Shown: positions 7,602-17,788 of the stretch, piece after piece
Position numbering within the stretch: the stretch's first letter is position 1
How the letters are laid out: each line of letters opens with the position of its first letter
Source: Parcubacteria group bacterium
Lineage (GTDB): Bacteria > Patescibacteriota > Minisyncoccia > Minisyncoccales > JAQTPW01
NCBI GenBank assembly: GCA_043813215.1
Contig: JBDRLH010000018.1
Coordinates: 1-41,878, forward strand
Length of the DNA: 41,878 nucleotides
Reading direction: 5' to 3'
The notes under the pieces: generated by a model
What the model was told of the DNA's origin: nothing
Seen by the model: only the letters and a program-made list of their open reading frames with translations
Databases searched by the model: none
Made by a program: the position numbers and the translations under genes

Positions 7602-8663
7602 ATGAATAACGAAAAAAGGAAAAAAGCTTTTATCACGGGAATCGGCGGACAAGACGCTTCTTATTTGGCGGAGTTGCTTTTACATAAAGGCTATGAAGTC
7701 CATGGTACAACCAGGTGGGACAGCGTTTTTATTAATAAAAGAATAGAGCATCTTTTCCAGGATCCCCATATTCATGGGGCGCGCCTTTTCCCTCATTACA
7801 GCGATATCACAGACACGGGAAACCTTGAAAGGCTGATTAACCAAATTCAGCCCGATGAGGTTTATCATCTGGCGGCCATGTCTCATGTCAGAGTGAGCTT
7901 TGATATGCCCGAATATACCGCCAACACCGATGCCCTGGGAACTTTGCGGGTTTTGGAAGCGATCAAGAATTCCGGGCTTCCCATAAAGTTCTATATGGCG
8001 GCGAGCTCAGAAATGTTTGGCAGTTCTCAACCCCCCCAGAATGAAAACACTCCCTTTTATCCAAGAAGTCCGTACGCTTGCGCCAAAGCGTTTTCATATT
8101 ACATTACCAGAATGTACAGGGAGGCCTACGGGATTTTTGCCGTCAACGGCATATTGTTTAATCACGAAAGTCCGCGCCGGGGAGAAACTTTTGTCACAAG
8201 GAAAATTACCAGGGCAGCGGCCAGAATAAAAGCCGGTCTTGATAAAAAAATTTATTTAGGCAATCTGGACGCCAAAAGAGATTGGGGCTTTGCCCCCGAA
8301 TACGTTGAGGCGATGTGGCTTATGCTTCAAAAGGATAAATCCGATGATTTCGTCATAGCCACCGGCGAAGCTCACTCCGTCAGAGAACTTTTGGAAGAAG
8401 CTTTTTTATATAGCGGCTTGGGCGACTGGCAGAAATACGTCGAAATTGATCCCAGGTATTTCAGGCCCGCCGAAGTGGAAATTTTGATCGGCAGTGCCCA
8501 AAAAGCCAAGGAAAAAATCGGCTGGGCGGCTAAGGTTAAATTTAAAGATTTGGTACGAATAATGGTCGATGCCGATTTTAGGGCGACAGGGTTGGAAGCG
8601 CCGGGAGAAGGAGATAAAATTTTAAAAGAAAAATTTCCCGATAAATGGTGGGGGATTGATTAA
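7602..8663 (+). CDS. gmd: GDP-mannose 4,6-dehydratase
   Basis: [29 protein letters not shown]-terminus, [28 protein letters not shown] (YxxxK), and [17 protein letters not shown] are all hallmark Gmd motifs. AGGAG RBS upstream. Length 353 aa. Confidence 0.9.
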   Translation: MNNEKRKKAFITGIGGQDASYLAELLLHKGYEVHGTTRWDSVFINKRIEHLFQDPHIHGARLFPHYSDITDTGNLERLINQIQPDEVYHLAAMSHVRVSFDMPEYTANTDALGTLRVLEAIKNSGLPIKFYMAASSEMFGSSQPPQNENTPFYPRSPYACAKAFSYYITRMYREAYGIFAVNGILFNHESPRRGETFVTRKITRAAARIKAGLDKKIYLGNLDAKRDWGFAPEYVEAMWLMLQKDKSDDFVIATGEAHSVRELLEEAFLYSGLGDWQKYVEIDPRYFRPAEVEILIGSAQKAKEKIGWAAKVKFKDLVRIMVDADFRATGLEAPGEGDKILKEKFPDKWWGID

Positions 8664-8670
8664 AAATTAA

Positions 8671-9138
8671 ATGATTAGCAAAAATCTATATAAAAAAATT
8701 CAAGAAGTAATTCCGATTTGTTGCGTAGATGTCGTTATTAAAAATGATAAAAAGGAACTCTTGTTATTAAAAAGAAAAAATGAGCCGGCAAAGGGTGAGT
8801 GGTGGATTGTCGGAGGACGGATAAAAAAAGGAGAAACGCTCAGGAAGGCTGTTTTTCGCAAGGTAAAAGAAGAGACCGGATTAAACGTTGTTTTAAAGGG
8901 AATTTTAGGAGTCGGCCCCACTGTTTTCAAAAAAGGAATTTTTGGACAAAGCGTTCATACAATCAATATTGTTTTTTTAACTCTGGCAAAAAGGAAAGAT
9001 AAAATAAGGCTAGATTCCCAAAGCAGTGATTATAAATGGTTTAAAAAAATCAATCGGAACTGGCATCCTCATCTTCAAAAATTCTTAAAATTAGGCCTTC
9101 AAGCAAAGCGAAATTTGTGTTTTGGCCGAATAGGCTAA
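8671..9138 (+). CDS. Nudix hydrolase, GDP-mannose mannosyl hydrolase-like (Gmm/NudD/WcaH type)
   Basis: Nudix box GGRIKKGETLRKAVFRKVKEETGL (G-x5-E-x7-R-x-U-x-EE-x-G-U). Its position directly after gmd matches colanic-acid-type gmd-fcl-gmm clusters. Confidence 0.6.
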   Translation: MISKNLYKKIQEVIPICCVDVVIKNDKKELLLLKRKNEPAKGEWWIVGGRIKKGETLRKAVFRKVKEETGLNVVLKGILGVGPTVFKKGIFGQSVHTINIVFLTLAKRKDKIRLDSQSSDYKWFKKINRNWHPHLQKFLKLGLQAKRNLCFGRIG

Positions 9139-9160
9139 TTTCAAGTTTGCCCTTACTTTC

Positions 9161-10441
9161 ATGGAATATTATAAAAACATAAAAAAATGCCGGATTTGCG
9201 GCTCCAAAGACCTGATCGAAGTTATTCATATTGCCCCTCAATATCTGTCGCCAACCTTTGTAAGGACCAATGAGAAAAACGAACTATCAAAGATTAAAGT
9301 GCCTCTAACCTTGACCTTTTGTGACTGCAAAAGAAACCTCGACGGCTGCGGGCTTCTTCAATTAAAAGAAACCGTTAATCCGGATCTTTTATATAAGAAT
9401 TATTTTTACAGAACTGCCGTGAGTAGTACTATGTGCGAGGATTTACACGAGGTTGTAGAGGATGTTTTAAAGCATGTAAAATTGAATGACGGTGATTATG
9501 TTATTGATATCGGCGCCAATGACTGCACAATGCTGGGCTATTTTCCGTCTTCCTTGAATCGCATAGGGGTGGAACCCGCTAAAAATATTGATTTGAGCAG
9601 CCTCGACCCGTCAATAAAATTTATTAATGACTATTTTTCTAAAAAGACCGTTGAGAATGCTATCAGAAAGGGCTCTGTCAGAGCAATAACCTGTTGCGCA
9701 ATGTTTTATGATCTTGATGACCCAAACAGTTTTGTTTCTGATATTAAATCAATTCTGGCTCCGGACGGGATATGGTGCATTCAGCTCAGTTATTTGCCGC
9801 TTATGCTGAAAAATATGAATTTCTATGATATCTGTAATGAACATCTGGAATATTATTCACTTCATACATTAAAAAATCTGATGAAGCGTCACAGCCTTTC
9901 CATTTTTGACGCCTCGACTAATAATGTTAACGGCGGGAGTATCCGAGTATTTATCAGCCATACTGGAAACAATTATAAACCATCTGTCAATCTGGAGAGA
10001 CTTTATATGGAGGAAGAAAGAATGAACCTCTATGATGCAGCAACTTACAAAGATTTTTATAAAAAAATTTTAGATCTGAAGAATAAAGTCAATAATGTCA
10101 TAACCAAAGAGATAAACAAAGGAAACCTGGTGCTCGGTTTGGGAGCTTCGACCAAAGGGAACGTATTGTTGCAGCTATTCGGCATTACAAAAGAAATGCT
10201 TCCTTATATAAGCGAGAGAAACCCGGAAAAAGTTGGACTGAGAACCTTGGGAACCGATATAGGGCTTATTTCAGAAGAGGACGCCAGAAAACTAAACCCC
10301 AGTTATATGTTGGTGCTCCCCTGGTATTTTAAAAAAGAAATCGTAAAACGCGAAGTAGATTATTTGCGGCATGGCGGAAAACTACTGTTTCCGATGCCAT
10401 ATCCTCATATTGTTGACAAAAACGGAGAAACAAATTTATAA
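9161..10441 (+). CDS. NDP-hexose C-methyltransferase (TylCIII/TcaB9-like; Zn-ribbon + class I SAM MT + C-methyltransferase C-terminal domain), copy 1
   Basis: N-terminal CRICGS...C-x-C...C-G zinc-binding module, [18 protein letters not shown]-binding [19 protein letters not shown], and C-terminal [11 protein letters not shown]...[10 protein letters not shown] 426-aa paralogue lies at 37651-38931. Confidence 0.7.
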   Translation: MEYYKNIKKCRICGSKDLIEVIHIAPQYLSPTFVRTNEKNELSKIKVPLTLTFCDCKRNLDGCGLLQLKETVNPDLLYKNYFYRTAVSSTMCEDLHEVVEDVLKHVKLNDGDYVIDIGANDCTMLGYFPSSLNRIGVEPAKNIDLSSLDPSIKFINDYFSKKTVENAIRKGSVRAITCCAMFYDLDDPNSFVSDIKSILAPDGIWCIQLSYLPLMLKNMNFYDICNEHLEYYSLHTLKNLMKRHSLSIFDASTNNVNGGSIRVFISHTGNNYKPSVNLERLYMEEERMNLYDAATYKDFYKKILDLKNKVNNVITKEINKGNLVLGLGASTKGNVLLQLFGITKEMLPYISERNPEKVGLRTLGTDIGLISEEDARKLNPSYMLVLPWYFKKEIVKREVDYLRHGGKLLFPMPYPHIVDKNGETNL

Positions 10442-10454
10442 AAAACTTATAATT

Positions 10455-11414
10455 ATGGACTCTTTATCAAAAAATTATTTAACAAACAAAAAGATTTTAG
10501 TTACCGGCGGCGCAGGCTTTTTAGGAAATTTCATTATTAAAAAACTTTCAGAGCGCGGAGTGCCAAAAGAAAATATTTTCATACCTTTATTTGAAAATTA
10601 TGATTTAAGAAAAATGGAAAACTGCCTGAAAGTTGTTGAAAATCAAGATATTGTAATTCATTTGGCCGCTAAAGTCGGAGGCATTGAATATAGCAGCAAG
10701 AATCCCGGGCAGATGTTTTATGACACTGCCATCATAGGCATCCAATTAATGGAAGCCGCCAGGCAGGCAAATGTAAAAAAGTTCGTTGCCATTGGATCAG
10801 TTTGCGCCTATCCGAAATTTACTCCGGTACCCTTTAAAGAAGAAGATCTTTGGTCGGGCTACCCCGAGGAAACCAATGCCGCCTACGGGATAGCCAAAAG
10901 AGCGCTTCTAGCTCAAGCCCAAGCTTATCGAAACCAATACGGATTTAATGCCGTTTATCTTATATTGGTAAATCTATACGGTCCGGGTGATAATTTTGAC
11001 CCTCAATCTTCCCACGTTATTCCGGCTTTGATCAAAAAAGTTTATGAGGCCAAAAGCCAAGGAAAAAATTATATCAAAGTTTGGGGTTCAGGCAAGGCAA
11101 CTAGAGAATTCCTGTATGCCGAAGACGCCGCAGAGGGCATCTTGCTGGCTACTGAAAAATATAACAAATCAGAGCCGGTTAATTTGGGCACAGGCAAAGA
11201 AATTCCCATTAAAGAATTGGCTGAATTAATTTGCAGAATAATGGATTTTGGAGGCGAGATTCGTTGGGATGCCGCAAAACCAGACGGCCAGCCCAGACGT
11301 TGTTTGGATGTTTCTAAAGCTGAAAAAGAATTCGGCTTTAAAGCTGCCATGCCATTCAAAGAAGGTCTGAAAAAAATCATTGATTGTTATGTGGAAAACC
11401 ATGAAACTAAATAA
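10455..11414 (+). CDS. GDP-4-keto-6-deoxy-mannose epimerase/reductase family (GDP-L-fucose synthase Fcl / GDP-L-colitose synthase ColC-like), copy 1
   Basis: The ORF track begins at 10371, but ATG 10455 (MDSLSK...) follows the upstream stop. [11 protein letters not shown] Rossmann motif, GSVCAYP (Cys aligned with E. coli GMER C109, nt 10803-10805), YGIAK (YxxxK), NLYGPGDNF...SSHVIPALI (His aligned with H179), and [14 protein letters not shown]. Confidence 0.8.
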   Translation: MDSLSKNYLTNKKILVTGGAGFLGNFIIKKLSERGVPKENIFIPLFENYDLRKMENCLKVVENQDIVIHLAAKVGGIEYSSKNPGQMFYDTAIIGIQLMEAARQANVKKFVAIGSVCAYPKFTPVPFKEEDLWSGYPEETNAAYGIAKRALLAQAQAYRNQYGFNAVYLILVNLYGPGDNFDPQSSHVIPALIKKVYEAKSQGKNYIKVWGSGKATREFLYAEDAAEGILLATEKYNKSEPVNLGTGKEIPIKELAELICRIMDFGGEIRWDAAKPDGQPRRCLDVSKAEKEFGFKAAMPFKEGLKKIIDCYVENHETK

Positions 11415-12204
11415 CTCCGAATTTTTTAAATTGGAGATTATGATAACCGATTTCTGCAATTTAGATTGCCGACTATGTTCTCAGGGAATTCCCTTAATGA
11501 AAAATAAAAAAATTATATCTTTGGATGATTTAAAGAGAATGAGCAAGCTTGTGGAGCCGTTTGAATTCCACACCGTCAAGATTTGCGGGGGCGAGCCGAC
11601 ATCTCATCCTCAATTCGAAAAGATTTGCGACAATCTCAAGAGACTATTTCCTGCCGATTACTATTATTTGGCAACAAACGGTTTTTGGTTAGAGAAATTT
11701 ATCAATCAGATAAAAGTATTTAATATTATTGAATTGAGTCACTATCCTGGGAAAAATGATGAGATATTCGAGAAGTTAGCAAAACTGAAGATCCCCAATT
11801 TGGCGGCCATAAGAAAAAAAGAATATCAAGAGATAATGGATGTTTATCAAGAAAATAATTTAAACAAAACCGATATTTATAAAAGATGTCCCTATAAAGA
11901 AATACAAATTGTTCAAGACAGGATATATACTTGCTGTAATATATTTGGCCAGGCCATGCGCCAGAACATTGATCTTGATAAAATTAGCGTCCTTTTTGAT
12001 GAAAATTGGCGGCAAAACCTATCCAAAATTGACATAGAGCCTTATTGCCAGCGCTGTTTTATAGATGTGCCCGGGCCTGCCAGAGTTGCTCTATATGAGA
12101 TCGAAACAGGAATCGGGCGCTGGCTGAAAAAGAATTTTAAACCACTAAGTAAACTCATCCGCTGGTTAAAAATTCAAAAGCGGCAAATTAAAAGCAATAA
12201 TTAA
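11401..12204 (+). CDS. Small radical SAM enzyme with a C-terminal Cys-rich (twitch-like) region
   Basis: CNLDCRLC (CX3CX2C, nt 11455-11478), then GGEP, and C-terminal ...RIYTCCN... and CQRCF. These parallel the DGEVRMCC / CARCE motifs of the two larger paralogues. Start taken at ATG 11401, which overlaps the fcl-like stop; the track start 11380 is also possible. Confidence 0.65.
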   Translation: MKLNNSEFFKLEIMITDFCNLDCRLCSQGIPLMKNKKIISLDDLKRMSKLVEPFEFHTVKICGGEPTSHPQFEKICDNLKRLFPADYYYLATNGFWLEKFINQIKVFNIIELSHYPGKNDEIFEKLAKLKIPNLAAIRKKEYQEIMDVYQENNLNKTDIYKRCPYKEIQIVQDRIYTCCNIFGQAMRQNIDLDKISVLFDENWRQNLSKIDIEPYCQRCFIDVPGPARVALYEIETGIGRWLKKNFKPLSKLIRWLKIQKRQIKSNN

Positions 12205-12221
12205 AATCATAAGAAATTAAT

Positions 12222-13535
12222 ATGGCAGACATTAAAGTTAAAATCCAAAAAGAAATAAATAATCTGGTCAAAAAATATTTTTCTTTACCCGGGGAAAATT
12301 TTATTTCAAAAAAAATAAAAATTCCTTTGAATATCCCTACTTTTGGCTGGCAGGAAGTCAATGAAGCCATAGACTCTTTGCTTTCAACCTACGTTACCAT
12401 GAATGAAAAGGTTTATAGGTTTGAAGATATGTTCGCAAAATATCTAGGAGCAAAGCATGCCGTAATGGTGAATTCAGGATCTAGTGCAAACCTCATAGCT
12501 TTGTCTGTTTTAAGCAACCCGACTGTTAAAAACCGGATAAAGCCGGGTGATGAAATAATAACTCCGGCCGTAACCTGGTCAACTACCGTTTTTCCGATTA
12601 TTAACGTCGGGGCAAAGCCCGTTTTAGTAGATGTAAATTTAAATGATTTTAGTATAAATCCCGAATTAATTGAAAAGGCAATTACTAAAAAAACAAAAGC
12701 CATAATGCCTGTTCACCTTCTGGGAAATCCAGCCGACATGACAACTATTATGAAAATTGCCAAAAAACACGATTTATTCGTCATAGAAGACGCTTGCGAA
12801 GCCCATGGAGCACAACATTATGGAAAAAAGGTTGGAACTTTTGGTGATATGAGCACTTTTTCGTTTTTCTTTTCCCATCATATCAGCACAATAGAAGGAG
12901 GCATGGTGGTGACTAATAATGATGAATATGCTGAATTGGCAAAAATGCTTAGGGCACACGGCTGGATTAGGGAATTAAAAGATAAAGGAAAAATCGCCAA
13001 AAAATATAAAAAAATACACAAAAACTATCTGTTCGTAAACATTGGCTACAATCTCAGGCCAACCGCCCTGCAGGGAGCTTTTGGGATTCATCAGATCGGA
13101 AAGCTGGAAAATATTATAAAAATTAGGAGAAAAAATGCTGATTTTTGGTCCGATAAACTTTCAGAATATTCAGATTATCTGATGTCGCCCCAAAAAAAAG
13201 AAAAAAAAGGCGAAAGAAGGGTTTGGTTTGGTTACCCAATTATTATTAAAGAAAGAGCGGGATTTAATCGAAAAGAGCTAACCGATTTTTTAGAAAGCAA
13301 AGGTATCGAAACTCGGCCGATTATGGCTGGTAACTTGGCTGAGCAACCAGCCATGAAACTATTTAATTATCGGATAGCTAGCAGACTGGATAATTCCGAA
13401 ATCATTATGAAGAAAGCTTTCTTTTTTGGCAATCACCAGGGCGTCAGGAAAATAGAAAAGGAATATTTGGTGAGATGTTTTGTTCAGTTTTTGAAGCAGA
13501 AAAGTAAATTACGAAATAGATATGAGAATAAATAG
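12222..13535 (+). CDS. PLP/PMP-dependent NDP-4-keto-6-deoxyhexose 3-dehydratase (ColD / E1 RfbH-DdhC type) of the DegT/DnrJ/EryC1 family
   Basis: NSGSSANLIAL, VIEDACEAHG and FSFFFSHHISTIEGGMVV. Aligned with PseC in this same window (LSFHPVKTITTGEGGMVL), the Schiff-base Lys is replaced by His (H219/H220, nt 12876-12881). That substitution is the signature of the 3-dehydratase subgroup. Length 437 aa with only two Cys. Confidence 0.65.
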   Translation: MADIKVKIQKEINNLVKKYFSLPGENFISKKIKIPLNIPTFGWQEVNEAIDSLLSTYVTMNEKVYRFEDMFAKYLGAKHAVMVNSGSSANLIALSVLSNPTVKNRIKPGDEIITPAVTWSTTVFPIINVGAKPVLVDVNLNDFSINPELIEKAITKKTKAIMPVHLLGNPADMTTIMKIAKKHDLFVIEDACEAHGAQHYGKKVGTFGDMSTFSFFFSHHISTIEGGMVVTNNDEYAELAKMLRAHGWIRELKDKGKIAKKYKKIHKNYLFVNIGYNLRPTALQGAFGIHQIGKLENIIKIRRKNADFWSDKLSEYSDYLMSPQKKEKKGERRVWFGYPIIIKERAGFNRKELTDFLESKGIETRPIMAGNLAEQPAMKLFNYRIASRLDNSEIIMKKAFFFGNHQGVRKIEKEYLVRCFVQFLKQKSKLRNRYENK

Positions 13536-15012
13536 TTTCACCAATCTTCGAGCTCTTTTGCTTGATAATAAAACGACCAAGCAAACGATTTTTAAAAATA
13601 CTTTTTGGGTTGCTTTAGCGTCCGCAATTGGGGATTTTTCTAAATTTATCTTAATAATATACGTTACCAGAATTTTAGGGGCAACCGAGTTTGGAAAATT
13701 TGCTTTTGCCCTATCTTTTATTTCGTTGTTTTTTATATTTAATAATTTCGGTCTTTCTAGCATAGTGACGCGCGAATTTTCTCGCGGAGAGGAAAAGGAA
13801 AAAGATTTTTCTTCAATTATATCTTTAAGGATTCTGTTGGGTTTGGGTGCTACCGCCTTGATTCTTATAGGCTCTTTTTTTATTACTCCGGATCCAATTA
13901 TTAGAAAGGTTATATGGGTTTTGGCTGTTTTTAGTCAAATAAGTAATTTTTCTTTGATAATTTATGCTTTTTTTGGAGCTCGGCAGAAAATGGAATATGA
14001 ATCTTGGAGTATAATTTTAGAGGCAGCCACGGTAACCGCCGTTGGATTTTTCGTGATTTTTAATTTCCCGTCAATTTTAAATTTAAGTTATAGCTATTTG
14101 TTGTCCGTGGTATTTAGCTTGATTCTTGCTTTAACTCTTCTTCATTTTAAAGTTTTTCGTCTCAGAATTTCTTGGAACGTATCTGTTTGGAAAAAATATT
14201 TAGCAATGTCTTGGCCTCTTGGTTTAATCAGTTTATTTTCTATAATTTACATTTCTATCGATTCGGTAATGCTGGGATATTTGGGTAAAATTACAGAGAA
14301 CGGTTGGTATAGCGCTGCTTACAAAATGGCTCTTTTTACCACGATGCCGATGGGCATAATCGCTACAAGTTTTTTTCCGGTTTTGAGCAAATTTTTTGAA
14401 GAATCAAAAGAAAAATTTCAAACCGTTTGGGATTATTATATGGAAATAATAATTTCATTGGCAATTCCTCTTGTAGCTGGCGGCATACTGCTTGCCCCCA
14501 GGATTATTGATTTTCTTTACGGCAAGAATTTTTACCCCTCAGTTTTAGCGTTCCAGATTTTAATGATTATGGCCGGTATTATTTTCTTCTCAAAACCGTT
14601 TACTCAAATTTTAGTCGCTTCAAATCAGCAAAAAAAAGTTTTTTGGATTACGCTCATGGGAGCATTGACTAATATTGTTTTGAATTTAATCTTAATCCCG
14701 AGATATAGCTTATACGGCGCGGCAGTAGCCACCGTGATTACTTATTTTTTAATGTTATTTTTACTTTTTTCCTTTATTTTAAAATTTACTTCGCTTCAGT
14801 TATTGAATTTAAGGTTATTTTTTAGTTTTATTATCATTAGTTTTTCAACCGCCGTAATGTCTTTTACGATATCCCGTCCTCAAATTTATAATCTTAACAT
14901 TTTTTTTTCCATAATAATCGGAACCACAGTTTATTTTATTGCGCTTTATTTTTTGGAAAAAATCTTAAGACGCTTAGGATTAAAGACGTTTAATTTATAT
15001 GAATCAAGGTAA
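13522..15012 (+). CDS. Wzx-type oligosaccharide flippase (MOP/polysaccharide biosynthesis protein family)
   Basis: 496 aa, hydrophobic throughout with roughly 12-14 helix-length segments. The N-terminal TIFKNTFWVALASAIG...ILIIYVTRILG pattern is typical of Wzx/RfbX. It overlaps both neighbours by 14 nt. Confidence 0.65.
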   Translation: MRINSFTNLRALLLDNKTTKQTIFKNTFWVALASAIGDFSKFILIIYVTRILGATEFGKFAFALSFISLFFIFNNFGLSSIVTREFSRGEEKEKDFSSIISLRILLGLGATALILIGSFFITPDPIIRKVIWVLAVFSQISNFSLIIYAFFGARQKMEYESWSIILEAATVTAVGFFVIFNFPSILNLSYSYLLSVVFSLILALTLLHFKVFRLRISWNVSVWKKYLAMSWPLGLISLFSIIYISIDSVMLGYLGKITENGWYSAAYKMALFTTMPMGIIATSFFPVLSKFFEESKEKFQTVWDYYMEIIISLAIPLVAGGILLAPRIIDFLYGKNFYPSVLAFQILMIMAGIIFFSKPFTQILVASNQQKKVFWITLMGALTNIVLNLILIPRYSLYGAAVATVITYFLMLFLLFSFILKFTSLQLLNLRLFFSFIIISFSTAVMSFTISRPQIYNLNIFFSIIIGTTVYFIALYFLEKILRRLGLKTFNLYESR

Positions 15013-15967
15013 GGAAACAATTTTGGTTACAGGAGGTGCGGGCTTTATAGGATCTCATCTTTCAAAAAAGCTGATGGATTTGGGATATCAAATTGTCATA
15101 GTCGATAATTTCAATTCGTATTACGATCCTTCACTCAAAGAAAGAAGGATTTCAGAATTATTAAAAGGCTACAACTTCAAACTCTACAGAGAGGACATAA
15201 AGAATGCAAGAGCTTTAAGAAAAATTTTTTTGGAAAATAAAATAGACAAAATTTGTCATTTAGCCGCCCAGGCCGGCGTGAGATATTCGCTTATTGATCC
15301 TTTTATTTACGAAGAGTCAAACGTAAGAGGAACTTTAAATCTATTGGAACTGGCTAGAGAATTTAGAATAAAAGGATTTATTTTCGCTTCCAGCTCTTCT
15401 GTTTACGGCGCTAGCAAAAAAATACCTTTTAAAGAGAGCGATCCGATAGACAAACCTATTTCTGTTTATGCGGCAACAAAAAAAGCGGGAGAAGCCCTTG
15501 TTTTTAGTTATCATCATTTGTACAAAATTTCTGCGACAGTTCTTCGTTTTTTCAGCGTTTACGGCCCTTTTTGGCGGCCAGATTTGGCTTTGTGCAAATT
15601 TGCAACCCTGATTCATAACGATAAACCAATCGAGGTTTACAACTTCGGAAAAATGCAGAGAGACTTCACTTATATAGACGACATAGTAAACGGGATAGTG
15701 GTCGCCGTCAAAAAAAATTATCCTTGGGGAATATTCAATTTAGGAAGAGGCAAAGCTGTCCAACTTACCAAATTCATAACTTTAATTGAAAAAGAGATGG
15801 GAAAAAAGGCGTCAAAAAAAATGTTGCCGATGCAGCCTGGAGACATCGGTAAGGTTTGGTCAGATATTTCCAGCGCGAAGAAAAAATTGAATTATCGTCC
15901 GAAAACCGGAATCGCCGGAGGCGTTAAAAAAACAATAGATTGGTATAAAGATTACCTCAAAATTTAA
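14999..15967 (+). CDS. NAD-dependent SDR epimerase, UDP-glucuronate 4-epimerase-like
   Basis: [32 protein letters not shown] (characteristic of the GlcA/GalA 4-epimerase subgroup), ASSSSVYG, YAATKKAGE (YxxxK), RFFSVYGP. Confidence 0.65.
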   Translation: MNQGKETILVTGGAGFIGSHLSKKLMDLGYQIVIVDNFNSYYDPSLKERRISELLKGYNFKLYREDIKNARALRKIFLENKIDKICHLAAQAGVRYSLIDPFIYEESNVRGTLNLLELAREFRIKGFIFASSSSVYGASKKIPFKESDPIDKPISVYAATKKAGEALVFSYHHLYKISATVLRFFSVYGPFWRPDLALCKFATLIHNDKPIEVYNFGKMQRDFTYIDDIVNGIVVAVKKNYPWGIFNLGRGKAVQLTKFITLIEKEMGKKASKKMLPMQPGDIGKVWSDISSAKKKLNYRPKTGIAGGVKKTIDWYKDYLKI

Positions 15968-15971
15968 AAAT

Positions 15972-16988
15972 ATGCCAAGAGATCAAAAAACAATCGTCAA
16001 TTCCGGGCATTATCAATTTTTAGGGACAGATAAATTTGATGACGGTGAAAAATCATTTGGTAAGGATTACCTTGCCTATCGGGAGAAGTGGAAAGAACAC
16101 CCTCAAAAAGGAATAGTGGGCGAGTTTCCTCTTCACCTTGATATCGAATCAACCAACAGCTGCAATTTAAGATGCCCAATGTGCGGCCGAAATTTTATGA
16201 AAGAAAAATTAGGCTTCATCGATTGGAATTTATTTGTAAAAATTGTTGACGAAGCGGCAAAATATCATCTTCCCTCAATAAAACTTAATTATCGCGGAGA
16301 ACCATTGCTGCATCCTAAGATTTCGGAAATGGTAAAATATGCCAAAAAGAAAGGGATTTTAGAGGTGCAATTTAACACCAACGGGCTTTTATTGAACGAA
16401 AAAAAAGCTAAAGAACTTATAGAGGCAGGTATAGATAGAATTATTTTTTCCTTTGATGCCGCCGATAAAAAAATCTATGAAAAAATCAGAAGAGGTTCTA
16501 ATTACAATATAGTTATAAAAAATATAAAGAAATTAGCCGAGATTAGGAATAAAAAAGGATTAAAAAGGCCCTTAATAAGAGTCCAGATGGTAAAAATGAG
16601 AATTAACAAAAAAGAGGTCGAATCTTTTATAAATATGTGGCTTCCGGTCGCGAATAGAGTTTCTGTAAGTACTGAAAGAAATCTTTTAGGAAGAAAAAAG
16701 AAATTAAAACACTTTTCCTGCCCTCAAATCTGGCAGAGATTGATGGTTTGTTGGGATGGCGAGGTCAGAATGTGTTGCGGAGATTGGTACGGAGAAATTA
16801 TTTTAGGAAACGCCAAGAAGAATAGCCTTTATAAAATCTGGCATGGTAAAAAATTAAATGAAATCAGAAAGCTTCATTTAGAAGGCAGATTTAATAAGAT
16901 ATCGCTTTGCGCTCGTTGCGAAGTCAATACGCCGAGATTTGATTCAGAGCTCCAGAAATTAGTGGAGAAAATTAATTCTTCAAAATAA
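15972..16988 (+). CDS. Radical SAM enzyme with SPASM/twitch-type auxiliary-cluster domain, paralogue A
   Basis: CNLRCPMC (CX3CX2C, nt 16161-16184), YRGEPLLHP, C-terminal C-x12-G-x4-C-C (CPQIWQRLMVCWDGEVRMCC) and CARCE. Roughly 70-75 percent amino-acid identity by eye to 22964-23992. Confidence 0.75.
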   Translation: MPRDQKTIVNSGHYQFLGTDKFDDGEKSFGKDYLAYREKWKEHPQKGIVGEFPLHLDIESTNSCNLRCPMCGRNFMKEKLGFIDWNLFVKIVDEAAKYHLPSIKLNYRGEPLLHPKISEMVKYAKKKGILEVQFNTNGLLLNEKKAKELIEAGIDRIIFSFDAADKKIYEKIRRGSNYNIVIKNIKKLAEIRNKKGLKRPLIRVQMVKMRINKKEVESFINMWLPVANRVSVSTERNLLGRKKKLKHFSCPQIWQRLMVCWDGEVRMCCGDWYGEIILGNAKKNSLYKIWHGKKLNEIRKLHLEGRFNKISLCARCEVNTPRFDSELQKLVEKINSSK

Positions 16989-16990
16989 TC

Positions 16991-17788
16991 ATGGTAGAAA
17001 TAAATTCAAAAAATAAAGTCGTAATTCTTATCGCCGTCAGAATGAAGTCCGCTCGCTTGCCGAAGAAAGCCGTGGTTAAAATTGAAAGTAAATCGGCAAT
17101 AGAACATTTATTGGACAGGTTAAAATTAGCTAAAATTCCCAAGGCGATTGTGATTTGCACAACTAAAAACAGAGAAGACGATATTTTGGTTAAAATCGCC
17201 AAGAAAAATGGAGTTAAATGTTTCAGAGGCAGCAAAGAAGATGTTTTAGCCAGGTTTATCGGAGCGGCCGATGAAGAAAAAGCCGAAATAGTCGTTAGGG
17301 TGACGGGTGATAATATTTTAGTAGATCCTGTTTATCTGGATAAAATGATTAAATACCACATTAAAAACAAAGCAGATTATACCAGAACCGAAGGATTGCC
17401 TTCGGGAGTAAAATGCGAAGTGATGTCGGTCGCGGCTCTTAAAAAGACACGTAAACTTGCAGAAAGGCCTGAAAATAGTGAATATATGACGTGGTACTTC
17501 ACTAAAAATCCCGAATTTTTCAAGATTGCGACAATGCCGGTTCCTGAAAAATATTCCCGGCTGCGTTACCGGCTGACGATAGACGAGCCGAACGATTATA
17601 AGCTCCTGAAAATAATTTTTAAGAAGCTTTACAAAAAAGGGGAAAAACCATTTTTATGGCCTGAAATTGTGGAATTTTTAGACAAAAATCCCAAGCTCTT
17701 GGAAATCAACGCCAAAGTCGCCCACAAAGATTTTGCTAGAATGAAAAAAGAAATCAATATTAAATTAAAGAAAAAGCAATATGCCTAA
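16991..17788 (+). CDS. SpsF/NeuA/KdsB-family cytidylyltransferase (CTP_transf_3), copy 1
   Basis: VILIAVRMKSARLPKKA N-terminal nucleotide-binding motif, ICTTKNREDD, VRVTGDNILVDP. Length 265 aa. Confidence 0.65.
   Translation: MVEINSKNKVVILIAVRMKSARLPKKAVVKIESKSAIEHLLDRLKLAKIPKAIVICTTKNREDDILVKIAKKNGVKCFRGSKEDVLARFIGAADEEKAEIVVRVTGDNILVDPVYLDKMIKYHIKNKADYTRTEGLPSGVKCEVMSVAALKKTRKLAERPENSEYMTWYFTKNPEFFKIATMPVPEKYSRLRYRLTIDEPNDYKLLKIIFKKLYKKGEKPFLWPEIVEFLDKNPKLLEINAKVAHKDFARMKKEINIKLKKKQYA

Noticed and set aside
10371-10454. Long N-terminal extensions in the ORF track (10371 for the Fcl-like gene, 19852 for the methyltransferase, 28643 for pseC, 35095 for the GT2, 4073 GTG for the protease).
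   Set aside because: Each extension runs through the 3' end of the preceding gene and encodes non-homologous, odd sequence. In each case an ATG lies just after the upstream stop (1 nt before ATG 20011, 7 nt before 35113, 13 nt before 10455), or behind an RBS in the case of 4082, and gives the canonical family N-terminus.
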